DNA from: Phycisphaerae bacterium
Lineage (GTDB): Bacteria > Planctomycetota > Phycisphaerae > UBA1845 > Fen-1342
Length of the DNA stretch: 60,238 nucleotides
Direction: 5' to 3'
NCBI GenBank assembly: GCA_044225155.1
Contig: JBGAJB010000001.1
Coordinates: 1 to 60,238 of the forward strand
The notes under the pieces are model-generated. The model made no database searches, was not told the origin of the DNA, and saw only the letters and a list, made by a program, of their open reading frames with translations. Position numbers and translations under genes: made by a program. Every line of letters begins with the position of its first letter. Position 1 is the stretch's first letter. Shown piece by piece: positions 38,513 through 47,553 of this stretch.

Positions 38513-39242
38513 ATGAACTTGGGCATGCTCTTGATTTTCTCTGTCGGAATGGCCGGCGACATGAGCGCGGCTTCGCCGGCGGCGCCCGCACCCGGCCTGA
38601 TCTATCTTCCCCGGGATCAACGGCGGCGAACTTTCGATCGCATTCGCGCTCGCTGCGATTCGCGATAGCGATTCGCGCGAGATTCGGACGTTTCGCTGGC
38701 CGCACCCGTTCCATCCCTTGCGGAACCTGTCGGACCTCGACGGCAACTGCGCCGCGGCCGGGCGCGTCGCACGCGAGATTGCGACATTTCGCGCGCTTCA
38801 TCCCACCGACACCATCGATCTGGTCGGGTACTCCGGTGGGGGAGGCATCGCGTTGCTCGCGGCGGAGCGTCTTCCGAACGAGGTGCGCGTCCGAAACCTC
38901 ATCCTCGTGCAGGCGGCGATCGATCCGCGGCGCGATCTCGCTCCGTCCCTTCGCCACGTCGCCGGGCGGTTACACAATTTCTACTCCCCGCTCGACGCCG
39001 CGATCCTCGGCCTTGGAACACGCGTGTTCGGCAATATCGACGGCTCGCACGGTGACGCGGCCGGCCGCTGGGGGTTCGTCGGCGGTAACTCGGCCGACGG
39101 GCAAGTGTTGCAACATGGGTGGCGCCCGGAAATGGTGCTGTTCGGCCACTACGGCGGGCACTTTGGCATGCTCGGTTACGCTTGGAATCGCCGCTACGTC
39201 GCGCCCCTGCTGGGCGACGAAATCCGCGCCGGAAGTCGCTGA
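38513..39242 (+). pseudogene. Alpha/beta-hydrolase-like protein (paralogue of 25756-26595), frame shift in a C4 run (or assembly indel)
   Basis: ATG 38513 encodes ...APAPGLIYLP, and the reading frame then breaks at CCCC 38609-38612. The +1 frame continues GINGGELSIAFALAAIRDS...DLVGYSGGGG (GxSxG). This is colinear with GITYYVPGAGNID...VVGLSAGTG of the paralogue. Confidence 0.7.
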
Positions 39243-39350
39243 CCCGCCGGCGACGGGAATATCCGCGCTCGCTTGTTTCCCGCCCTAGAGCGCCGCATAA
39301 TCATGGGCTTCCGGGAAACGGGCGCCGCGCTTGCGTGCGCTGCGGCTCGC

Positions 39351-39425
39351 GGCGGCGTACCCAAGTGGCCTAAGGGGCGGGTTTGCAAAACCCGTATTTC
39401 ATGGGTTCGAATCCCATCGCCGCCT
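39351..39425 (+). tRNA. tRNA-Cys (anticodon GCA)
   Basis: Manual cloverleaf: acceptor GGCGGCG/CGCCGCC, anticodon stem CGGGT/ACCCG with loop TTGCAAA, and T arm ATGGG-TTCGAAT-CCCAT. No CCA is encoded. Confidence 0.85.
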
Positions 39426-39544
39426 GTGCGCGACATATCCGACCGGCCGAAATTTGAGCCATTTCCGGCCGCAGAGCGCGCGTTAAATCGCTGCGCCGCT
39501 TGCCACTTCACGCGGCCGGCGCGAGCGGAGGAGTTGGGTGCCGT

Positions 39545-40249
39545 ATGGTTCGCCCAGAATTCAGGAAGCACGCGTTTACGCTGATCGAATTGCTCGTCGT
39601 GGTCGGCATTATCGCCATCCTGCTGGCAATCCTCCTGCCGGCGCTCTCGGGTGCCCGTGAGCAGGGACTGCGAACGCGCTGCGCGACCAATCATCGGCAG
39701 CTCATCACCGGCGTCATCATGTATACCCAGGAAAACCGCGAGTCGATGCCGATGCCGAACTGGGCTTGGCCCGACGCGAACAAGGAGCCGACCGGCTGGC
39801 TCTACGACCCGCCGTTTCCCTATCCAGCGACAGCGGACTACGTCGAGACGGGGACGCTGTGGAAATACATGCTGCGCGCGGATCTGTATCGCTGCCCATC
39901 GCATTTCAAGCCGTTTATCGGCGTCACCAACGCGCAGCAAAAGACGGTGCAGATGACCAGCTATCTGATGAACGGCGCCGTCGTCGGATTCAATGTGAAC
40001 ACGCCCGCTTTCCGCATCACGCGCTTCCGGCCGAATTCGCTGATCTTCTGGGAGGCGGAAGAGCCGACGTGGAATGACGGATCCAGCTTTCCGACCGAAG
40101 GCCTGACGACGCGGCACGGCAGTGGAGCGACGGTTTCTTACGTCGACGGTCACGAGCGCTGGATCACGCAGGCGTACTATCAGGACCAGCTCAATCGCAC
40201 AATTCCGAGCGATTTGTGGTGTGCTCCCGACACCGAGGATGGTCGCTAA
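39545..40249 (+). CDS. DUF1559-type protein with prepilin-type N-terminal segment and H-X9-DG motif
   Basis: GGAGGAG lies upstream of ATG 39545. The product begins MVRPEFRKHAFTLIELLVVVGIIAILLAILLP and contains HGSGATVSYVDGH. Confidence 0.85.
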   Translation: MVRPEFRKHAFTLIELLVVVGIIAILLAILLPALSGAREQGLRTRCATNHRQLITGVIMYTQENRESMPMPNWAWPDANKEPTGWLYDPPFPYPATADYVETGTLWKYMLRADLYRCPSHFKPFIGVTNAQQKTVQMTSYLMNGAVVGFNVNTPAFRITRFRPNSLIFWEAEEPTWNDGSSFPTEGLTTRHGSGATVSYVDGHERWITQAYYQDQLNRTIPSDLWCAPDTEDGR

Positions 40250-40325
40250 GCAGCGTCAGCGCGTTCCCGGGCCGACTCCCGTGAAATCTCCAGTTCCTTC
40301 GTTACTCCGGTCGTGAAACAAATAC

Positions 40326-40351
40326 GGGCCGGGCGGAAGACCGCCCGGCCC
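40326..40351 (-). terminator. GC-rich stem-loop terminator downstream of the 40384-42612 gene
   Basis: GGGCCGGGCGG-AAGA-CCGCCCGGCCC forms a perfect 11-bp stem. On the minus strand it is followed by the T-rich GTATTTGTTTC. Confidence 0.55.
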
Positions 40352-40383
40352 GCATCATCATTGCCTCCGCAATCACATTCGGG

Positions 40384-42603
40384 CTAGTTACACGGATGCC
40401 CGTACGCGGACAGCAGGACGCCCAGATCGCTCAGGTCGACATCGCCATCCATGTCGAGGTCGCCCGCGCAGTTCGGGCTGTTCGTGCAGCCGAAGTTGGC
40501 GAGCACGATGCCCAAATCGCTGAGGTCCACATCGCCGTCGAGGTCGACGTCGCCCGGACACGTGATTGGCTTGCTGCAATCCGGAATCGTGAAGCAGATC
40601 ACCTCCGAGCAGCACTCGATGAGCGACAACTCGTGGATCGTCACGCGCACGCAGATTTCCTCGCCCGGCATCGCACCCGTCACCGTGATCGGACCGACTG
40701 TGCCGGTCGTGAACGGGGCGGTGGAGATGTCGATGTAGCCCGGCGTGATCGTGATGCCGCTGCCCGGCGGTTCCGGCAGCAGGAACATGTGCTCGGCGGT
40801 GTAGGTCGTCAGCGGCGTGTACATGAACGTGAATGTCGGCGTGCCGTTGACACACTCCGTCGTCAGCGTGCCGAATTGCAGACAGTCGCAATCCGGTAGC
40901 GGAACGCAGTGATCGATCGAGCAGCACTCATTCACGAAACGGTCCGCCAGCAGAACGTGGAAGCAGAATTCATCCGTCGCTGCGTCGGGACAGATCTTCA
41001 CGGTCACGGTCGTCGTGCCGCCCGCGCCGCTCAGCGGCGGATTCAGATAGATCACGTTCGGCGCCACTTCCGTCGATGGGATCAGGATGAAGCTGGCGTC
41101 GATGCCCGAGTTGTTCGTCACCGTAAACGTATAGTCGTAGCAGCCGGTTGTGCCGACCTGGCCCGTGCCGTCCGAACCGATTTCGCACGAGATGTGCTCA
41201 TCCACGACTTCCATGCACTCGCAGGGCGGATTGTAGATCGAGATGTCGCCGATGGTGGTCTTGTCGTCGGAGCCGCCCAACGCATCCAGATCGATGATGT
41301 AGCTCGCAGAAGCCGACGTCGCGAAAGTGTTTCCGCCGGCCGGGATCCACTGCAACCCGTAGAGCACTTCATTCGAGAACTTCAGCGCATCGCCGGTGTT
41401 CCACTCGTTCTCGTCGCAGTCATAGTCTGCCCCGCCGGCCGAGTTCGTGTGCGGATTGATCTCGCCGTTGAAGAAGAGGTTGCCGGAGGGCACCCAATTC
41501 GGGCCGGACTGCACGTATTCCAAGAGCCGCGCGGCGTGTGCATCCCCACCGTATATGCCGTAGTTTGCGTACTTCGTTCGCTCCGCCAGCAGCATCTTGC
41601 CCTTGCTCGAAAAGGCGATACTGGACGTCGGATTCGAGAAGTTCGTCGCATTCCAATCCGGCACGGCGAACTCGCGCTGGGCGGTCGTCGCGTCCGGCAT
41701 GCCGAGCCCATCGAGCCCGACCGACCAGATTTCGTTGCTTTCGGTCGCCGAAGGCGCGCCGGAACTTTCGTTCCATACCGAGTAGTAGAGGCGGTTCTGG
41801 TAGACCTGCACGCCCCAGATTCGGCGGCCAAGCTGCGTGAAATCCTGAATAGGATCGTCCGCGATGGATGAGAGCGCCTCGTTCGGCCGCCCCTGCGTCC
41901 CGTGGTCATAGGCCGGAAGCGCATCGCGCAGCACGCAGCCGGGATTCCCGGCCGAAACCACGTAGATTAGGCCGTCATCCATGTTCGAGATGAACAGATT
42001 GTTGAACTGCGCCTCGTAGCAGATATTTCCCAGCGCCGGCCCCGCATTGTTCACATACGCGTAGTTGCAGATCGCGCCGGTGACGCCGTCGATGCGATAG
42101 ACCGCGCCCGGTCCACCCGGCCCCATCGGAACCTGGCTCAGCGGGCCATACGTGCTCGTCGCCGTGACAAACATATTTGGCGGCGTAGCCCCGTCGAGCG
42201 TGATGCCGAACACGGGACCAAGATTCTTCTGATTCCAAACATCGGCCGCGTTGTTGGTCGGATTCGGCATCTCGTTGTGGTAGCGCGGCGCGCACCAGTT
42301 CGTGCCCAGCACGGGAATTGGAACCGGCGGAATGTACGTCAGCACCGGCGGCACGCGCACGTCAAAAACCGCCAGCGTAAACCCGTTCTGATCGATACCT
42401 GAGTTGGGGTCGCCGTTGAGGAAGCCAGCCGAACAGGTTACACCCGCTTCGCCGAACTCCATCGGGAACTTGGCAACGTTCGTACCGGCGGGACAGAGCA
42501 CCTGGCCGAGCGCGGTCACCGGAAGCAAGCCGAGGGCGCCACTAACGGCTGCGCGGGCCGCCAGGCGCCTGACTGTCATCTGTTGCGACATGTTCACAGA
42601 CAT
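40384..42603 (-). CDS. Large secreted protein of unknown function with C-terminal dockerin-like module
   Basis: The signal peptide is MTVRRLAARAAVSGALGLLPVTALGQ. The start is ambiguous between 42591 and 42612. The tail is CPGDVDLDGDVDLSDLG...GDLDMDGDVDLSDLG..HPCN. Confidence 0.75.
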   Translation of the reverse strand: MSVNMSQQMTVRRLAARAAVSGALGLLPVTALGQVLCPAGTNVAKFPMEFGEAGVTCSAGFLNGDPNSGIDQNGFTLAVFDVRVPPVLTYIPPVPIPVLGTNWCAPRYHNEMPNPTNNAADVWNQKNLGPVFGITLDGATPPNMFVTATSTYGPLSQVPMGPGGPGAVYRIDGVTGAICNYAYVNNAGPALGNICYEAQFNNLFISNMDDGLIYVVSAGNPGCVLRDALPAYDHGTQGRPNEALSSIADDPIQDFTQLGRRIWGVQVYQNRLYYSVWNESSGAPSATESNEIWSVGLDGLGMPDATTAQREFAVPDWNATNFSNPTSSIAFSSKGKMLLAERTKYANYGIYGGDAHAARLLEYVQSGPNWVPSGNLFFNGEINPHTNSAGGADYDCDENEWNTGDALKFSNEVLYGLQWIPAGGNTFATSASASYIIDLDALGGSDDKTTIGDISIYNPPCECMEVVDEHISCEIGSDGTGQVGTTGCYDYTFTVTNNSGIDASFILIPSTEVAPNVIYLNPPLSGAGGTTTVTVKICPDAATDEFCFHVLLADRFVNECCSIDHCVPLPDCDCLQFGTLTTECVNGTPTFTFMYTPLTTYTAEHMFLLPEPPGSGITITPGYIDISTAPFTTGTVGPITVTGAMPGEEICVRVTIHELSLIECCSEVICFTIPDCSKPITCPGDVDLDGDVDLSDLGIVLANFGCTNSPNCAGDLDMDGDVDLSDLGVLLSAYGHPCN

Positions 42604-42879
42604 CTCCTGCAATGGGAGGGAGCTCGGCCACCCGCGGCTCCGGGGACCGCGCGCAACAAGCGCGCAGTGACAGCCGTCGCGGCCTTAATCGTTTCTTCAC
42701 AATTTCGCCGGGTGCGTCGAGCCGCTCCCTTTCGGCCGAACGCGAGACCTGCTGGATGTCAGGGTAGTTAGTCAGCGGCCAAAACTCCATAGCTCGTAGG
42801 CCGATAATGGCGAAAGATTCACATAATCGTTCGCTCAGAATCGAACGCGGGCGGTCGGCAACTGTTTTGACCCCAAGGA

Positions 42880-44536
42880 ATGCGCCGCATAGGCTTTTCG
42901 GCTCATCGGGCGAATCCGCCGCTCCGCGCGGCCGCGACGGACCCCGGGGCCAAGCACGGACGGACGGGCGTGTACGCGAAACCAGTTGCGAGGTCCTTGG
43001 GATCGGCGAATCGCGATGCGCGGCCGGTCAGCGAACCGAAGTTGGCGATGATCGGCGGCTTCGTCGATTTCATCATCCTGCTGCTGGTGCTGCGCAGTTA
43101 CTTTCTGCCGCTGTTCATCATCCCGACCGGTTCGATGGCCGAAACGCTCTGCGGCGAATATTCACCCAACGTCTGCCCGAACTGCGGGAAAGAGTATCAG
43201 GCCGGGTTTCACACTCCGCAGGGTCCTCCGCTCGTGCAGTGTCCGAACTGCCGGTGGCTTCAGGAGACGGCCCCCGGAAAGACGCAGCGCGCCGAGCTTC
43301 ATTCCCGCGCCGGCGACCGCATCGCCGTGCATGGCTGGACCTACGACGTCGGCGGCATGTTCGGCCCGCAGCGCTGGGACGTTGTCGTCTTCAAGAACCC
43401 GAACAATCCCGACGAGAACTACATCAAGCGTTTGCTGGGCCTGCCGGGCGAGACGCTCGAAATCATCGATGGCGATCTCTTTGTGACGCCCAAGGGCGCG
43501 CCGGAAGCGCATGTTGCCCGCAAGACGCGCGCGGCACAGGAATCGCTCTGGTTCCCGTATTACGACCACGACTACATTCCCGCCCACGCCTCGCCGACGT
43601 ACGCGATCGCCCGTCCGGCGCCATCAGCCGCGCTGGGCAGCGCCGGCCGGGACGAAGGCGTGGAAGAATCTGAATCAACGCACGATCGTTTTTGATGGCG
43701 CGGGCGCGGCACGCGAAGAAATCCGATTTGTCACCGGCGCGCCGGATCAACCGCCGATGATCGATGACCTGTACGCCTACAACGGCGCATTTCCGCCTGA
43801 GCTTTGCTCGCGCGTTTCTGATGTGCGCGTCGGCGCGGACGCCACGGTCGGGGCAGGCGCGGGTCCGATCGAACTCTCCGTGAGCAAGGACGATTCCCGG
43901 TTCGTCGCGAGCTTCTTCGCCGACGGCCGGATCATGCTGGAGCGGGCGGCCCGCGATGGATCGAATCGCGAAAAATGGGCCGAGACGAAACTCGACGCGC
44001 CGCTGCGCAGCGCCCGGCTGGCCATCGGACACGCTGACTACCAAGTGGTCGTAGAAGTGGATAACCGCGTCGTCCTCGTTTCGCCGCCTGACAAGTACAC
44101 CATCTCGGCCGACGAAGCGCGCCGCCTCGCGACGGCCGGCCGCGCTCCAGCCGAGATCTCGATCGCCGCGTCGGACTTGCGCGCCGCGTTCTCCCATGTG
44201 CGCGTGGATCGGGACATCTACTACACACAGGCTCAAACGCCGTCGCATCAGCCGGGACACGCCACCATGGGCCACCCGCTGAAGCTGCGCGACGACGCCT
44301 ATTTCGTTTGCGGCGACAACAGCCCGAACAGCCTCGACGGCCGTTGTTGGGAAGAGGGCATGCTGGGCGGGCACCTGCGTGAGAAATACCAGAAGGGCGA
44401 ATACGACCTGGGCACCGTGCCGGCCAACCAACTGCTGGGCCGCGCATTCCTCGTGTATTGGCCGGGATTCATGCCGCTCCTGCCGAATTCGCAGGGCGTG
44501 GTCCCCGACGCGGGCCGTGTGCGATGGATCCACTGA
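42880..44536 (+). pseudogene. Signal peptidase I paralogue 1 with zinc-ribbon and large insertions, frame shift around 43599-43636 (or assembly indel)
   Basis: The N-terminal part is in frame 1 (IIPTGSMAETL, CPNCG..CPNC, NYIKRLLGLPGE). The C-terminal part is in frame 2 (RWAAPAGTKAWKNL...GDNSPNSLDGR...). Together they are colinear with the intact paralogue 44524-46074. The start is uncertain (42880, 42970 or 43048). Confidence 0.75.
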
Positions 44537-46074
44537 CGCCGGTGACGGCTCCGCCTCCCTTGTCGGAAGCCGCCGTCGCGGAAGCATCGGCAGCGCAGGA
44601 AGCGACCGAATCACAGCCGCACCTGCCGCTGCATCAGCATGTCATCGAGTCCGTGCAGACCGTGCTCACGGCCATGATCCTGGCGTTCGTCTTCCGCGCG
44701 TTCTTCATCGAGCCCTTCATCATTCCGACCGGCTCGATGGCCGAGGGGCTTTGCGGCGCGCACCGGGATTACGTTTGCCCAGCGTGCGGCTGGGAGTACG
44801 CCGTCGGCGATGTGCCATCCGGCGGCCCGCCCACCGAGCCGCCGACATGTCCCAATTGCCACCGCCGCGCCGATCCCGAAAAAGAAGCCGGAATTCCAAA
44901 GGCCGGGGATCGCATCCTCGTTCACAAATGGCCGTTCGAGCTGAGCAGTTGGCTGGGGCCGCATCGCTGGGACGTGATCGTTTTTCGCGACCCGGCCAAC
45001 CCGGAAGAGAACTACATCAAGCGGCTGGTCGGGCTGCCGGGGGAATCGGTCGAAATCGTCGACGGCGACGTCTATATCAACGGCGAGATTGCACGCAAGC
45101 CCGCGGCCGCACAGAACGCCCTTTGGTTTGTCGTCTACGACCAGAACCACGCGCGCTCCACACTCGCCGACGACGCTCCGACTCCCTGGATCGCGGCGGA
45201 TGAGTCGCCGCCGTCGCTGGGCTGGTCCGATCTGGATGAGCGCGTAGTTAAGTATCACGGCCCCGACGACGCACCGCGGTCCATCCGCTTCGATCCGATT
45301 CATTCGCGCTATTACTTGCGCGATGTGTACGGCTACAACGTGAACGCCCCTGATACGCTCGTCGGCGATGTGCGCCTTTCCGCCGAAATTCACTGGGACT
45401 CCGGCGAGGGCGAACTCGCGTGGGAATTGGTGCGCGGCGACGATGTGTTTACCCTGCGGCTCGCTGCGGACGGCGCAGTCACGGTCACGCGAATCGCCGG
45501 AGGAGACGACCACCCCTCGCCGCGCTTCTCACTCGTCGGCCGTCTCCCGTATTCGCTTCAAGGGCGCACCACGGCCGTGCGATTCGCACACGTGGACTAT
45601 CGCGTCTGGGTGGAAATTGACGGCCAGATCCTCTTGTCGACGACACCCGGGCAATATGAGCCGGATCTGCAAGCGCTACGACACATGACGCGCAGCGCTC
45701 CGGTCGGGCTGCGCGTGACGGCGCGGAAATTTGACGGCGAACTGCGGGACCTGAGGATCGATCGGGACGTGCATTACACGCGAACGAGCGTATCCTCCCA
45801 GCGGGCGGCGGCCGGCGAGCCGTTCCAGTTGGGGCCGGACTCGTTCTTCGTTTTGGGCGACAACAGCCCCAACAGTCACGATGGCCGAGAGTGGTACAAA
45901 CTGGACACACATTTGATGGCGGAAGAGGCTGCCGGGCGCTATCAGCGCGGGACGGTCAGGCGCGACCAGATTGTCGGGCAGGCGTTCTTCGTTTATCTTC
46001 CGGGGTTGATGCCCAGCGAGGCGGCAAGCGGGCTGCACATTCCGGATCTCGGTAGGCTGCGGTTCATTCGCTGA
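44524..46074 (+). CDS. lepB: Signal peptidase I paralogue 2 (zinc-ribbon insertion, ~250-aa insertion between conserved boxes)
   Basis: The ATG overlaps the stop of paralogue 1 (ATGGATCCACTGA). The catalytic boxes are IIPTGSMAEGL (Ser), NYIKRLVGLPGE (Lys) and GDNSPNSHDGR. The zinc ribbon CPACG...CPNC lies at 44776-44859. Confidence 0.85.
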   Translation: MDPLTPVTAPPPLSEAAVAEASAAQEATESQPHLPLHQHVIESVQTVLTAMILAFVFRAFFIEPFIIPTGSMAEGLCGAHRDYVCPACGWEYAVGDVPSGGPPTEPPTCPNCHRRADPEKEAGIPKAGDRILVHKWPFELSSWLGPHRWDVIVFRDPANPEENYIKRLVGLPGESVEIVDGDVYINGEIARKPAAAQNALWFVVYDQNHARSTLADDAPTPWIAADESPPSLGWSDLDERVVKYHGPDDAPRSIRFDPIHSRYYLRDVYGYNVNAPDTLVGDVRLSAEIHWDSGEGELAWELVRGDDVFTLRLAADGAVTVTRIAGGDDHPSPRFSLVGRLPYSLQGRTTAVRFAHVDYRVWVEIDGQILLSTTPGQYEPDLQALRHMTRSAPVGLRVTARKFDGELRDLRIDRDVHYTRTSVSSQRAAAGEPFQLGPDSFFVLGDNSPNSHDGREWYKLDTHLMAEEAAGRYQRGTVRRDQIVGQAFFVYLPGLMPSEAASGLHIPDLGRLRFIR

Positions 46075-46299
46075 GAGCGCGCTTGTCCACAAAAATCTAC
46101 CGAGAATCCAGATTCACGTTATCACGCTTTCAGAAGCAGAAGGCGCGATTCGGAGCAAGCGGGAACGAGATCGCTGAGGTTGCAACACATTGCGTCCAAA
46201 GGTGTTATGAAAATGCGCTTGCCGCGTTAGGGCGCCATGAAGGATTCGTAAAGGCTGTCGTGGGTGGGGAATTTCGCCAACATCAACAAGTTATCCACA

Positions 46300-47058
46300 A
46301 TGCTGCTTGAAGCCAAAGACCTCGTGAAAAAGTACGGCGACCGAACGGTCGTCGACCGGGTTTCATTCGAAATCCACGAGGGCGAAATCATCGGCTTGCT
46401 CGGCCCCAACGGGGCGGGCAAGACGACCAGCTTCCGCATCACGGTCGGGATGATCACGCCCGAGGGCGGGCGCGTCCGTTTTCTGGGGCGCGACATCACG
46501 TCCATGCCCATGTACAAGCGCGCTCGGTGCGGCATCGGCTATCTTTCGCAGGAACCCAGCATTTTCCGCCGCCTCACCGTCGAACAGAACCTGATGGCCG
46601 TCGCCGAGACTCTCAAGCTCAGCTCTGCGCAGCGCGCGGCGCGCATCGACGAGTTGCTGACGCAATTCGGGCTGCAGGTCGTGCGAAAAAGCATGGCCAG
46701 CCTTGTTTCCGGCGGCGAGCGGCGCAAGCTCGAGATCGCACGCGCCCTGGTAACCAATCCACGCCTGATCCTGCTCGACGAGCCCTTCAGCGGCGTCGAT
46801 CCGAAGGCGGTCGAGGACCTCCGCCACGAGATTCAACGGCTCCGCACGGTGGGCATCACGATTCTCCTCACCGACCACAATGTGCACGAGACGCTGAAAG
46901 TCACTGATCGCAGCTATGTGATTCACGAAGGGCACGTCATCTGCTCCGGCACGCCGCACGAAATCATCAATGATCCGCGCGTGCGCGAGACCTATCTCGG
47001 CAATACCTTCCGCGGCGACGAGTTCGCGGGCGCCGCATCTTCCACGGCCGACAAGTAG
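46300..47058 (+). CDS. lptB: LPS export ABC transporter ATP-binding protein
   Basis: MLLEAKDLVKKYG..., Walker A GPNGAGKTT, YLSQEPSIFR, signature SGGERRKLEIARAL and Walker B LILLDEP match the LptB pattern. Confidence 0.88.
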   Translation: MLLEAKDLVKKYGDRTVVDRVSFEIHEGEIIGLLGPNGAGKTTSFRITVGMITPEGGRVRFLGRDITSMPMYKRARCGIGYLSQEPSIFRRLTVEQNLMAVAETLKLSSAQRAARIDELLTQFGLQVVRKSMASLVSGGERRKLEIARALVTNPRLILLDEPFSGVDPKAVEDLRHEIQRLRTVGITILLTDHNVHETLKVTDRSYVIHEGHVICSGTPHEIINDPRVRETYLGNTFRGDEFAGAASSTADK

Positions 47059-47061
47059 CCC

Positions 47062-47391
47062 ATGTCCGCGCCGCGCGTGGAGCGAGCCGCCGGCGGCGTT
47101 GAAATCAGCGTCGGTGCCGGCTTTATCGAACTCGCACTCGTCGTCGTACCCGGCGCGTCGCGGACGCGCGTCATCGGGGCGCACGGGACCGCGCTGCGCG
47201 TCGCCGTGAGCGCCGCCCCCGAGCGTGGCAAGGCGAATGACGCCGTCTGTGAATTACTGGCCCAATTCCTGGGCGTCCGTTCCGCGGATGTCGATATCGT
47301 CTCCGGCCACTCCGGCCGGTCGAAACGCGCCCGCGTTTCCGGACTGACGGCGTCCGCGGCGATCGCGCGACTGGACCAGGCCGGCCGGTAA
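47062..47391 (+). CDS. DUF167 (YggU-like) family protein
   Basis: 109 aa. ...PGASRTRV...LRVAVSAAPERGKANDAV..LLA..LGV....V.IVSGHSGRSKR matches the DUF167 pattern. Confidence 0.8.
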   Translation: MSAPRVERAAGGVEISVGAGFIELALVVVPGASRTRVIGAHGTALRVAVSAAPERGKANDAVCELLAQFLGVRSADVDIVSGHSGRSKRARVSGLTASAAIARLDQAGR

Positions 47392-47553
47392 CGCCTCGCC
47401 GGAACATCTCGCAGGAACAATCCGCCCAACGATTAGAGGCTGAGCGAAGTGACGCGACTTTTCTTCCGGGCGCAATTCCCGCCGTACACCGCGCGGGCCG
47501 ATGACGCCGTTCGTGTGCGCGGAAACTGACCGGGAACAACGCGAGGATGAATC

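Noticed and set aside
38192-39288. ORFs 38192-38746 (-), 38416-39288 (+) and 38505-38957 (-)
   Set aside because: They overlap the frame-shifted hydrolase paralogue, whose two frames are explained by homology to 25756-26595. These alternatives have no RBS or motifs. The 38192-38512 portion remains unexplained non-coding or remnant sequence.
42807-43673. 288-aa ORF in the third frame over the lepB paralogue 1 region
   Set aside because: Homology to paralogue 2 is fully accounted for by the other two frames, and this frame gives Arg-rich sequence.
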